Origin: an uncultured Bacilli bacterium
GTDB taxonomy: Bacteria > Bacillota_I > Bacilli_A > RF39 > UBA660
DNA: 30,808 nucleotides
Direction: 5' to 3'
Assembly: GCA_947624075.1 (NCBI GenBank)
Contig: CANQIM010000001.1
Location: 1-30,808 of the forward strand
In this document: piece by piece, positions 7,406 through 16,625 of the stretch
Numbering within the stretch: the stretch's first letter is position 1
How the letters are laid out: each line of letters opens with the position of its first letter
Translations under genes and position numbers: made by a program
The notes under the pieces: generated by a model
What the model was told of the DNA's origin: nothing
The model's database searches: none
Seen by the model: the letters and a program-made list of their open reading frames with translations, nothing else

Positions 7406-9934
7406 TTAAATTATTTCATCATCTTCTCTGACTGAAAAGATTGGCTGATCATTTTCTTGACTTTCATCTATGTTTTTAGATAAATCATTATTATCAGTTT
7501 GGAAGTCTTCATTTTCTGATCCTACTTCAGGTTGAATAGTAAATATCGGCCTAGTTGTATCAAAGTCCAACTCATTTTCATTTACTAACTGTGAATATGG
7601 TTTTTGTTCTAATTCAGTATTAGATTCAGAATCTCTTTTAATGTCATCATTTTCTATTTCATTTTGAATATCTTGTTCAACTTCTACCTTAGGAGTTTCT
7701 TTTTCTTTAGTTGAAAATATATCTTTTAGTTCATCTAGAGATTTAAAATCAAACTCTTTATCTTCTACAGGTTCTGTTTTACTTTGAACAGGTTCTACTT
7801 CTTCATTAGATTCTACATTGATAGAATTATCTTTTGAACTTTCAATACTTGGTTCTGTGACTTTAGTATTAGGTTCAACTTCTATTTCTTTTGAAAATTG
7901 CGATGCAAATGGTGTTTCTACATTAGTCATTGGTGCTTCTGAAGGTTCAAGGTCTGACTCCACTGGCTTATCTTTTATATCTTTATCTTTAGGAGTTGAC
8001 TCATTTTTGATAGTATATATTGGTTGAATATTTGATGTATCTAATTTATTATCATAAGCAGCTAAATCTTGTGTGTTTTCAACTTCATTTATTACCTTTT
8101 CACTTTCAATTGCTTTTGCTTCTTCACTTGTTACTTCAGGTATATTATTTACTGAATTAGCATTTTCAACATTTATATTAGGTGTTGATTCAACTGTTTC
8201 TAGAGAAGCTTCTTGATTTTCTAGTTTAACATTTTCTTTAGATTTTTCAGCTAAAGAAACTTCATCAGTTGTAACTATATTCTCATTGAGACTCTTTAAT
8301 CTTTGATCACGCTTTCTTTCGAGAATTTTTCTTTTCTTTGATTCTTCTTTAGCGCCTTTTAATACGTTTATAAGAACGATAATGGCAATTATAGAAATAA
8401 TAATAACAAGAACAATGATAATTTTAAATTTTTCTTTAGATGGATTGTTTATAAGTTCTTGACATTTTTCATAGTCATATTTAATTTCATATTTTCCTTT
8501 TAGAGAATTATTTTCAAGATATTTAGCAATAGCAGAATCTTTTTCAACATGGAAAATTGTACCATTTAATTCATCATCAGTGGAAAAAATATTTTTACCA
8601 ATCTTTTTAATTGTAGATGGTAGATAAACATCTTTAAGTTTAGTATCTGTAAAGGCTTGACTTTCTATTTGCTCTAATCCTTCGGCAAAAACAATTGTTT
8701 TAACTGTTGAAAAAGCAAAAGCATTGTACTCAATTTTTTTGACACTAGATGGAACAATTATTCTTTTTGCCTTAGAGTTGTAATAATCTGAAAATGCTTC
8801 TGATGCAATTGTCGTAATATTATCAGGAATTCTTACATCAGATGATTTTTTACTACAAGCATATAAAATATTATTTCTGATTGCGAAGCCTTCGGAATTA
8901 AGGAAAGATTTAATTTCTTTGGACGAATAATTAATATAGTCTTCACAATCTTTTATAATATTAGCACTGTTACTGTAATCATAGTCAATATTTATTTCAT
9001 CTTGAGCATAGTTAGTTCTTAAATAATTTTCAGCATAAGAATTTTTAATTACATGAAAAGTTGGTTTTTCGCTTAGATTGCTACCAAAAGCCTTAGTACC
9101 TATTTTTATTAGTGAGCTTGGAAGATAAATATCAGCATAACTAGCATCCATAAACACACCATTACCGATTTCTTTTACTCCCTCAGAGAAAACCACTTCA
9201 TTAGTATTAAGATATTCAAATGCTTCATCATCTATTTTTTGAACACTGCTAGGAATTACCAAACTACTAAAATAATAAACATTGTCAGAATCGAATTTAG
9301 CTACTTCAGTTACTGTAGATGGGAAAATTAATTTTCTGTTAGTACCAATATATTTAGTTAAAATACCGTTATTTACAACAAAACCATTGTCATCAGCAAC
9401 TGACTTATCAAAATTCTCATTTAATTCATATAATTTATAATTCTTTTGGGCTTCTATTAAATTGGAATAACAAACAACATTTTGACTAGGAACACTTATT
9501 GTTCCATTAGCTAAGGTAAAAGGATAAGTCTCATCTTTTGTAGTAAATATTCCTTCATTACCATTTAAGACATATGTATAATTTTTTGTTACATTTTGTG
9601 AATCTTTGTAATTATCATTGTAAAGTAAACTAGTCCAACCAATATCAACCTTATTTTTAGCTTTAAAATTTAAAGTTATACGATAATTTTCTAAATTATA
9701 GTAATCGACCGCATCTTCAAAGTCCGCATTAGTTTCAAAATCCTCACGAACAATTTTTAAACCATCTTTTATAGTTGGCAACTTAAAATAATTATTGATG
9801 GCATTACCCTTTACGATATTACAATACCACTCTTTATCTAGGTTTTCTGGAATATCTTCTTTTGCATAAACTCTCAAATTAAAACTTATTAATAAAAGTA
9901 ACAACAATAAAATTATTTTCTTCTTTTTATTCAT
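7406..9934 (-). CDS. BspA-type leucine-rich-repeat (LRR_5) single-pass membrane/surface protein with a long acidic C-terminal tail
   Basis: Signal peptide (…RVYA/KE), repeats such as IPSSVQKIDDEAF / LPSSLIKIGTKAF / IPDNITTIASEAF, TM helix IIIVLVIIISIIAIIVLINVL, then about 310 aa of D/E/N/S/P-rich sequence. ATG 9934 fits the GAGGA SD better than 9940. Confidence 0.8.
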   Translation of the reverse strand: MNKKKKIILLLLLLLISFNLRVYAKEDIPENLDKEWYCNIVKGNAINNYFKLPTIKDGLKIVREDFETNADFEDAVDYYNLENYRITLNFKAKNKVDIGWTSLLYNDNYKDSQNVTKNYTYVLNGNEGIFTTKDETYPFTLANGTISVPSQNVVCYSNLIEAQKNYKLYELNENFDKSVADDNGFVVNNGILTKYIGTNRKLIFPSTVTEVAKFDSDNVYYFSSLVIPSSVQKIDDEAFEYLNTNEVVFSEGVKEIGNGVFMDASYADIYLPSSLIKIGTKAFGSNLSEKPTFHVIKNSYAENYLRTNYAQDEINIDYDYSNSANIIKDCEDYINYSSKEIKSFLNSEGFAIRNNILYACSKKSSDVRIPDNITTIASEAFSDYYNSKAKRIIVPSSVKKIEYNAFAFSTVKTIVFAEGLEQIESQAFTDTKLKDVYLPSTIKKIGKNIFSTDDELNGTIFHVEKDSAIAKYLENNSLKGKYEIKYDYEKCQELINNPSKEKFKIIIVLVIIISIIAIIVLINVLKGAKEESKKRKILERKRDQRLKSLNENIVTTDEVSLAEKSKENVKLENQEASLETVESTPNINVENANSVNNIPEVTSEEAKAIESEKVINEVENTQDLAAYDNKLDTSNIQPIYTIKNESTPKDKDIKDKPVESDLEPSEAPMTNVETPFASQFSKEIEVEPNTKVTEPSIESSKDNSINVESNEEVEPVQSKTEPVEDKEFDFKSLDELKDIFSTKEKETPKVEVEQDIQNEIENDDIKRDSESNTELEQKPYSQLVNENELDFDTTRPIFTIQPEVGSENEDFQTDNNDLSKNIDESQENDQPIFSVREDDEII
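8471..9388 (-). repeat. Two tandem ~140-aa LRR modules (protein-level duplication)
   Basis: Module 1 GFVVNNGIL...FHVIKNSYAENYL...IDYDY (about 9388-8975); module 2 GFAIRNNIL...FHVEKDSAIAKYL...IKYDY (about 8893-8471). Confidence 0.75.
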
Positions 9935-9994
9935 AATCATTCCTCTTTTTATTCATTAACGCATATCAAATATTATTACACATTATAGTATAAC

Positions 9995-10026
9995 AAAAAA
10001 AAGTAAATATTTCTAGACATTTACTT
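9995..10026 (-). terminator. Intrinsic terminator downstream of the SDR gene
   Basis: Minus strand AAGTAAATGT-CTAGAA-ATATTTACTT followed by a T run. Confidence 0.6.
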
Positions 10027-10070
10027 ATTTTTCTCTTTTTTTATGTAAATTTAGAGTAAGTTTTGGCCTT

Positions 10071-10814
10071 TTAACTTCTTGCAGCACCATCAACTTGAAG
10101 AATTTCGCCTGTTATATAGCTTGCTAAATCGCTTGCTAAAAAAAGGAAAGCGTTTGCTATATCACGAGGTGTGCCTATTCTACCTAAAGGAATGGTTTTT
10201 ATTAAAGGTTCAATAGTTTCTTTAGGTAGACTTGCAACCATATCAGTTTCTATAATTCCAGGAGCAACAGCATTAACACGTATATTAGATGGTGCAAGTT
10301 CACGAGCCAAAGATTTAGTTAGACCATTAACAGCAAATTTACTAGCTGGGTAGCCCACTCCAGCTGGCTGACCATAGATAGAAACCATAGAACTAGTATT
10401 TAAAATAACACCTGCATGCTTTTCTTTCATAGAAGGAACAACTGCCTTTGTCATATTAAAGATAGCATTAACATTTAAGTTCATAATTTTTTCAAAATCT
10501 AAAGAAGTAGTATCTTCAATCTTCTTATTAGCGGAAATACCAGCATTATTGATAAGAACATCGATGTGTCCATATATAGTTAAAATATTGTCAATAGTAT
10601 TTTTTACCTCTTCAAAATTGTTCAAATTAGGGTAAAAACCAACTACACTATTCTCCTTTTCATTTAGTACTTCCAAAGCTTTTTTTACTGTCTCTTCTTT
10701 AGAACCAAAGATAATAACTTGAGCATTATTTTCTAAAAATGTTTTAGCAATTTCTAGGCCAATACCCCTAGTTCCTCCCGTTATAAGTACTACTTTATCT
10801 GTAAAATCCAACAT
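10071..10814 (-). CDS. Classical SDR oxidoreductase, BaiA / 3-alpha-hydroxysteroid dehydrogenase-like
   Basis: TGGTRGIG, NNAG, NTSS, GVGYPASK catalytic motif, FLASDLAS and VDGAARS C-terminus. These resemble recalled bile-acid 3-alpha-HSDH sequences more than FabG. Confidence 0.7.
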   Translation of the reverse strand: MLDFTDKVVLITGGTRGIGLEIAKTFLENNAQVIIFGSKEETVKKALEVLNEKENSVVGFYPNLNNFEEVKNTIDNILTIYGHIDVLINNAGISANKKIEDTTSLDFEKIMNLNVNAIFNMTKAVVPSMKEKHAGVILNTSSMVSIYGQPAGVGYPASKFAVNGLTKSLARELAPSNIRVNAVAPGIIETDMVASLPKETIEPLIKTIPLGRIGTPRDIANAFLFLASDLASYITGEILQVDGAARS

Positions 10815-10816
10815 AT

Positions 10817-11329
10817 TTATTTCCTTTCCTCAATTAATAAATCTTCTTTATGATATTTTTTTAACAACTCTTTTATTTCCTTTTTATTTGCGATGTCAAA
10901 AAAGAAAAAGCAAGGGGTTTTTGTCAAAAAAGTAATGCTATTTTTTCTAATCACCACAGCCTCAACTAAATCCCAAGAAAAGTGCATTTCTATTTTTTTA
11001 TATGAATTATTTACTAGACCATTTTTATTGATAGTTGTCGTTCCTCTTGGTTTGTCTGTAGAAAGACATCTTTCAATCATGTAAAAAATGTTTAAAAAAA
11101 GAAAAACAAGGTCAGCAAATAGAACTAAAGAAAAAAGAAATATTCTTTTAAAGACTAATAAGTATAAGCTAACTAAAAGTATATATAAAAAGATAAGAAC
11201 AACATTTTGCAAATAAGTTGTAACTTTTGGATTTTTTTTCTTTAATACTAGACTTTTAGCAGTTGCTACTCCTTGAGCTTCATTAAAGCACTTAAAGAAG
11301 TTTGTAAAAGCATTATCTTCTATTTTCAT
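10817..11329 (-). CDS. Two-TM membrane protein with a C-terminal YcxB-like (PH-type) domain
   Basis: Two hydrophobic helices followed by TTINKNGL...FSWDLVEAVVIRKNSITF, a YcxB-like pattern; GAGGT SD. Confidence 0.5.
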   Translation of the reverse strand: MKIEDNAFTNFFKCFNEAQGVATAKSLVLKKKNPKVTTYLQNVVLIFLYILLVSLYLLVFKRIFLFSLVLFADLVFLFLNIFYMIERCLSTDKPRGTTTINKNGLVNNSYKKIEMHFSWDLVEAVVIRKNSITFLTKTPCFFFFDIANKKEIKELLKKYHKEDLLIEERK

Positions 11330-11353
11330 ATTTCACCTCTTAAATTTTCTTTG

Positions 11354-11383
11354 AAAAAAAATCTAATTTTTACATTAGATTTT
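11354..11383 (-). terminator. AT-rich terminator-like hairpin after ftsZ
   Basis: Minus strand AAAATCTAAT-GTAAAA-ATTAGATTTT followed by TTTT. Confidence 0.5.
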
Positions 11384-12509
11384 AAAAATTTCTATCTCTT
11401 AAGAATGGAGGCAACTCAAAGTCCCCACTAGTAGAGGAATCATCCTCGTCTTCATCATCTTGTAATACTTCAGGTGCTTGTTTGAAGTCTGGTGTTACTC
11501 TTCGATTAGAATTATTGGCTGGTTGTGATGAAACAAAAGCTGGTTCAGCATTCTTTTTAGCTTTATCAAAACCTGTAGCAATAACAGTAACAATAACTTC
11601 ATCAGATAAATTCTCATTGATAACTGATCCAAAGATAGTATTAATATCAGTATTAGCAGCAGCTCTAACAACTTCAGCAGCTTGTTCAGCCTCGAATAAT
11701 GTTAAATTTACTCCTCCTGTAATATTAATAATAGCATCAGTTGCTCCTTCAATAGATGCATCAAGTAATGGACTAGATACAGCTTGACGAGCAGCTTCGA
11801 TAGCACGATCTTCGCCCATACCTATACCAATACCGATAATAGCACGACCAGATTTTTCCATTACTGCACGTACATCAGCAAAGTCCAAGTTAACAAGTCC
11901 AACAACAGCAATTAAATCAGAGATTGATTGAACACCACGACGTAAAACATTATCAACTTCTTTAAATGCTTCAAGCATTGGCGTTGTTTTATCTATAATT
12001 TCTCTTAATCTATCATTTGGAATGACAATAAGAGTATCAACATGTTTTTTTAACTCTTCAATTCCTGCGATAGCATTGTCCATACGCTTTTTACCTTCGA
12101 AGGAAAATGGTTTTGTAACGATTGCAACAGTAAGAGCACCTAATCCTTGAGCAATTTCAGCAACGATTGGAGCGGCACCAGTACCTGTTCCACCACCCAT
12201 TCCAGAAGTTATGAATACCATATCAGCTCCTGTTAGAGCTTCTTCAATTTCCTTTTTAGATTCTAAAGCAGCTTCCTTACCAATTTCTGGTTTAGCACCA
12301 GCTCCTAATCCATCAGTTAAGTTAGCACCTATTTGTATTTTAATATCTGCTTTAGACGTATTCAATACTTGTAAATCTGTGTTAGCTGCTATAAATTCAA
12401 CACCTTTTACTCCAGATTCTACCATTCTATTGATGGCATTCCCGCCACCACCACCTAGGCCGATAACTTTAATTTTTGCTAATTGATCCATTTCTAGTCC
12501 GCCTATCAT
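11382..12509 (-). CDS. ftsZ: Cell division protein FtsZ
   Basis: [16 protein letters not shown] tubulin signature, NLDFAD T7 loop, C-terminal LPPFLR; strong AGGAGG SD. Confidence 0.99.
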   Translation of the reverse strand: MIGGLEMDQLAKIKVIGLGGGGGNAINRMVESGVKGVEFIAANTDLQVLNTSKADIKIQIGANLTDGLGAGAKPEIGKEAALESKKEIEEALTGADMVFITSGMGGGTGTGAAPIVAEIAQGLGALTVAIVTKPFSFEGKKRMDNAIAGIEELKKHVDTLIVIPNDRLREIIDKTTPMLEAFKEVDNVLRRGVQSISDLIAVVGLVNLDFADVRAVMEKSGRAIIGIGIGMGEDRAIEAARQAVSSPLLDASIEGATDAIINITGGVNLTLFEAEQAAEVVRAAANTDINTIFGSVINENLSDEVIVTVIATGFDKAKKNAEPAFVSSQPANNSNRRVTPDFKQAPEVLQDDEDEDDSSTSGDFELPPFLRDRNF

Positions 12510-12521
12510 ACCTTATCCTCC

Positions 12522-13766
12522 TTAATTATCAAAAAAATGTTGAGCTAGTTTACTCATTATATTCTCATTTATTTCTGTAGGGGCTGATTCTTGATGTTCT
12601 ATCAAGTCTTTAATCTCATCCTCTTCAACCATATTGTAAACTTTTCCTCGTAAAGAAAGTTTATCAACAAAGTATTTAATTACACCTAGACTGCTACTGT
12701 ACTCATTATGTCTAACTCCAACAGTTGCAATATTACATACTTTGGCAACAAAACCAAACACATCATCTACAATGCTTTGAAAACTAGCAATCTCGCTTAA
12801 GCCACCTGTTATTATTATATAACGTATTTCTCTATTTGTTAAGTTTTTTATTTCATTTTTAGCAAGTTTTAATATTTCTCTTAATCTAGCTTCAACTACC
12901 TTTGAAACTTCAACTTGAGTTAATTCTTTCTTTTCATTTTCGGTTGTAGTAACCTCAACTATATCAGTATTATCAGCATTTTTACTGACAGCGATAGCAA
13001 AATTTTCTTTTAATTTTTTTGATTCTTTTAAATCAATCTTAAATATATAGGAAATATCTTTATCAACATTTTTACTACCTATAGGGATATTAGAATTTTT
13101 TATTTGAATACCCTTATTATAAATAGCAATATTAGTCTTAGTCTCACCTATATCAATAATGGCTCCAACTAATTCATCTAATTTCTTATTCTTAACTGTG
13201 TAATAATTACCTGTAGAAGTATAGGCAATATCAACAGCTTCCAAACCACTTAATTTTAAAACTTCTAAAATTCGATATAACGGTTCTTTTTCAGTGGTAC
13301 TAAAAACAACCTTAGTTTCCATTTTACTGCCATGCATTTTTTTAGGATCTTTAATTGCCTCTTTACCATCAACAGTAAAATTTATTGGAATAGAAGTTAC
13401 TAATTCTTCATCTTTAAATTCTTTTTCTTTTAAAGCATCCATTATCGCATTACTTATATCATTACCAGTAATTTCATTGTAATCAGATATATCACAACTT
13501 CCATGGGCTATATCAATATTACAATTAGTTGGAGGTATAGCAACAATAACTTTCTTTATCTTAAAACCAAGCATTTCTTCGATTGTTTTCATAGCATCTT
13601 TAACACTAGCTGTAGCCATTTTAGTATCAATAATGGCTCCTTCTTTAATACCTTTGGTCTTAGTACTTGTAGCTGCTAATACATTGAATTTGTTATTCTT
13701 TTTCTCACAAACAACTACTTTTATACTATTGCTACCTAAATCTATACCAGTATAAATACTATCCAT
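12522..13766 (-). CDS. ftsA: Cell division protein FtsA
   Basis: GIDLGSNSIK, IIDIG, EARLREI and ITGG actin-fold motifs; upstream of ftsZ. Start reassigned to ATG 13766 behind an AGGAGT SD. Confidence 0.95.
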   Translation of the reverse strand: MDSIYTGIDLGSNSIKVVVCEKKNNKFNVLAATSTKTKGIKEGAIIDTKMATASVKDAMKTIEEMLGFKIKKVIVAIPPTNCNIDIAHGSCDISDYNEITGNDISNAIMDALKEKEFKDEELVTSIPINFTVDGKEAIKDPKKMHGSKMETKVVFSTTEKEPLYRILEVLKLSGLEAVDIAYTSTGNYYTVKNKKLDELVGAIIDIGETKTNIAIYNKGIQIKNSNIPIGSKNVDKDISYIFKIDLKESKKLKENFAIAVSKNADNTDIVEVTTTENEKKELTQVEVSKVVEARLREILKLAKNEIKNLTNREIRYIIITGGLSEIASFQSIVDDVFGFVAKVCNIATVGVRHNEYSSSLGVIKYFVDKLSLRGKVYNMVEEDEIKDLIEHQESAPTEINENIMSKLAQHFFDN

Positions 13767-13792
13767 ATCAGCAACTCCTATCTTCAAAATCA

Positions 13793-13821
13793 ATTATACT
13801 AGGAAATTAAATATTTGTAAA
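13793..13821 (-). promoter_or_regulatory. Putative sigmaA promoter for ftsA-ftsZ
   Basis: TTTACA (13816-13821), 17-bp spacer, TATAAT (13793-13798). Confidence 0.6.
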
Positions 13822-13882
13822 ATAATTTTTATTTATATTGTTATTTGTTAGTATAGTTTTGATTAAATTCTTCTTATATTTA

Positions 13883-15238
13883 CTAATTTAAATAATAGAT
13901 ATCATAAATGCGAATAGTTTTTACATGTTTACCTTTATTGATAACATAATTTAGAGCTTTTTTGTCCATTTGAGAAGATTTATCAAGCTCTCCTTTAGCT
14001 ATTATTACTAAACAATTCTTCTTTTTTCTTAATGTTTCTAAGATTTTTTTACTTCCATTAATTCCCCAGTTACCTTTGTTAATTACATCTAATTTATCTA
14101 TTTTTAAATCATTATTTATTTTAAAGAAGAAGGCATTAGGAGTAAAAATAATTATTTCTTGTGAAGCATTTTCATTAATAAAATTATTTATTTCCTCTAT
14201 AAATTCTAAACTTTGTTCATCAATTAGACGATAATTAAAATCTTTTAATTTATTTGGAAAGATAAATTTACCTCCATTAATATTAGTTTGGAATGTGAAT
14301 AAACCCATCAAAAAGATTATTAATAATACCACTATTTTATAGTTAAAAAATATTCTTTTGTTTTTTAATATTAAAATAATTATAAAAGCTCTAAATGCTT
14401 CAAAAAAGTGACCAAAATCGAAAATAGGTATTAGGATAGAATAAAAAGCTAAAACATATGAATAAGTAAGAACTTTTCTTTTATCTTTTTCTTTTATTAT
14501 AAAAATAATAGTTATAATTATTAATATTAAAGATATTAGAAAATAAAAATCTAATCCATTATTGTTACCTGTAAAATCAAATAAACCTAAAAAGCATAAA
14601 TCTATAAAGTAAAAAAAAGTTTTACTAATGATAAGATATATTAGAAAAATAATGAGTGGTATGCTTAAGCCAAGAAAGCGTTTGGACAGTTTCCCTTTAT
14701 TTTTATGAAAAAAGCAGATGCTTGGTAAAATTAAAAATAAGCCAATGTTTTGTTTGGTTAGAATACATATTCCTATTAGAAAACCAATTAAGTAATCATT
14801 ATCTATTTTTTTGAAGATATTTTTTTCTTTATTTTCTATATATAATATTATTATTAGTAAAATAAACATGAATGTATTGTAGTTAGGATATGAAAAATTG
14901 TGTGGAAAAAAGAAAAAAAGGATAATGAGATAGGCTTTTTCTTTAAACATTCTAAATAGTAAGAAAGAGCAAAAAGTTAATAATAGTGAAAAGACAATGT
15001 CTACTGTTAAAATATTGGATGAAAATATTTTTAAAAAAAGAGACATAAAAAATGGATAAAATGGCGTTATAACCATATTAAAATCTTTATAAGGAAGATA
15101 ACCTTTACCAATAGAATAAGCAAAACCATAACTCCATATCTCATCAAAATTTACTGGACTTATGAATAGATTATAAAGTAAAAAGAGCAAAAAAAGAGCA
15201 AAATACTTTAAAATTTTTTTTAATTTAACTGTTTTAAT
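13883..15238 (-). CDS. GT-C-like polytopic membrane protein, array paralog 5 (probable ATT start)
   Basis: DEIWSYGFAYSIGKGYLPYKDFNMVITP, YN, IG...G...LTKQ, PIFDFGH and GNWG motifs shared with four paralogs. The frame is open upstream of the TTG at 15190 to an ATT at 15238 preceded by a GGGGGTG SD. Confidence 0.65.
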   Translation of the reverse strand: MKTVKLKKILKYFALFLLFLLYNLFISPVNFDEIWSYGFAYSIGKGYLPYKDFNMVITPFYPFFMSLFLKIFSSNILTVDIVFSLLLTFCSFLLFRMFKEKAYLIILFFFFPHNFSYPNYNTFMFILLIIILYIENKEKNIFKKIDNDYLIGFLIGICILTKQNIGLFLILPSICFFHKNKGKLSKRFLGLSIPLIIFLIYLIISKTFFYFIDLCFLGLFDFTGNNNGLDFYFLISLILIIITIIFIIKEKDKRKVLTYSYVLAFYSILIPIFDFGHFFEAFRAFIIILILKNKRIFFNYKIVVLLIIFLMGLFTFQTNINGGKFIFPNKLKDFNYRLIDEQSLEFIEEINNFINENASQEIIIFTPNAFFFKINNDLKIDKLDVINKGNWGINGSKKILETLRKKKNCLVIIAKGELDKSSQMDKKALNYVINKGKHVKTIRIYDIYYLN

Positions 15239-15284
15239 ATTTACACCCCCTACTTAATAAAGTAAAGATTTTAATCATAACTTT

Positions 15285-16625
15285 CTACACTCCATTATAT
15301 AAGTAGATTTCATAGTCACCACATTTTTCAACAAATTTGCTATGTTTTTTTAAGTAATCAGATGCTTCAAAAAAATATTGTTCTTCTGGCTTATGTTCGG
15401 CGTCTTTTATAAATAAATATTTTTTCTTGGACTTATTTAAGTAATTTAGAACATTATCTAGTTCCTTGGAACCATAGTTTCCTCGTAGGAATACTTGTAA
15501 ATAGTTTGTTTTTTTATGATAATACATATCTAGTAAAGCACCCCAATGATTATGCGTTATAACAATTGCTTTGTCACCATATTTTTCATATTTAGGCATT
15601 ACTTTTTTTATTTTTTTGTACTCTTCTTCCTTTATAAAATAATATTTAAAATCATTATTAGTTTTAGAAAGTCTTTTTGAACTTGGAACATCATAATAGA
15701 AAAAGAAAAGGTAGAAAAAAGAAAAAATAGCAAAAACAATGATAGCATAATTATAAATGTCTTTTATTTTAATATTATCTAAAAAAGCACTTAAGTAACA
15801 AAAAAGGAAAAAATACATATGATGAGCATCTATTATAGGTATGGCAAACATCATTGAAGAAAGAGCATAATAATTGCAAATATTTTTTTTATCTTTAAAG
15901 ATTTTAACTAGAAGAACAGCGACTAAAATAAACAAGATTATTGTCCAACTAGTTTTATAAATAGAATTATTTTTTTTGAAATTAAATAGTCCTAAGATAC
16001 ATAAATCAAAAAATTCTTTATAGTTATTGTTTATAAATAAGTAAATAATAAATAATACTATTGGAACTAAAGCACCAGCTATTCTTTTTAATATTTTTTT
16101 AGGTTCTTTTATATAGAAAAAACTTGGTAAGAAAAAGAAAGCACCTATTGTGAATTTTGTTATTATGGCTAGACCAATTACTGTACCTATGAGATAATCA
16201 TTTGGTTTCTTTTTTTCAAGATAAATAATGGCAAAAAATAAAAGTAAAAGAAAAGAATTATATGTTGGCTGTATTAAAAGAAAATATGAAAAAATAATTA
16301 AAAGTAAAAAGAGATAAGCTTTTCTTTCGTAAAGTTTAAATAGAAAATAGAAAAGAAGCGTAAATAAAAGTGTATGATATAAAATAAAAATGTGATAGCC
16401 ACTACCAAATAATTTTAAAAATACGGAGCCTAAAAAATGGTAAAAAACTGGAACTATAACATTAAAATCTATATAAGGTACATAACCTTTGGACATAGAA
16501 TAAGTAAAGGAATAATTCCAAAAACTATCACTAATTTGGTTATTTATAGATGGAAAAAACAATCCAGAAAAGAACAACAGAATGAATATAAAGATTAGAT
16601 CTTTTTTATACTTAAATTTTTTCAT
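15285..16625 (-). CDS. GT-C-like polytopic membrane protein, array paralog 4
   Basis: DSFWNYSFTYSMSKGYVPYIDFN, IGTVIGLAIITKFT, PIIDAHH, GNYG; many TM helices plus a soluble C-terminal domain; overlaps the paralog 3 stop. Confidence 0.65.
   Translation of the reverse strand: MKKFKYKKDLIFIFILLFFSGLFFPSINNQISDSFWNYSFTYSMSKGYVPYIDFNVIVPVFYHFLGSVFLKLFGSGYHIFILYHTLLFTLLFYFLFKLYERKAYLFLLLIIFSYFLLIQPTYNSFLLLLFFAIIYLEKKKPNDYLIGTVIGLAIITKFTIGAFFFLPSFFYIKEPKKILKRIAGALVPIVLFIIYLFINNNYKEFFDLCILGLFNFKKNNSIYKTSWTIILFILVAVLLVKIFKDKKNICNYYALSSMMFAIPIIDAHHMYFFLFCYLSAFLDNIKIKDIYNYAIIVFAIFSFFYLFFFYYDVPSSKRLSKTNNDFKYYFIKEEEYKKIKKVMPKYEKYGDKAIVITHNHWGALLDMYYHKKTNYLQVFLRGNYGSKELDNVLNYLNKSKKKYLFIKDAEHKPEEQYFFEASDYLKKHSKFVEKCGDYEIYLYNGV

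Noticed and set aside
15181-15221. 11-nt tandem duplication (AAAAGAGCAAA x2, 15181-15202) and a T8 tract (15214-15221) at the 5' end of paralog 5, as possible phase-variation switches
   Set aside because: Only two repeat copies, and 8-nt A/T runs are common throughout this AT-rich window (e.g. in divIB). The frame is intact, and removing one repeat unit does not bring an upstream canonical start into frame. Read-level length variation would be needed to revive the idea.
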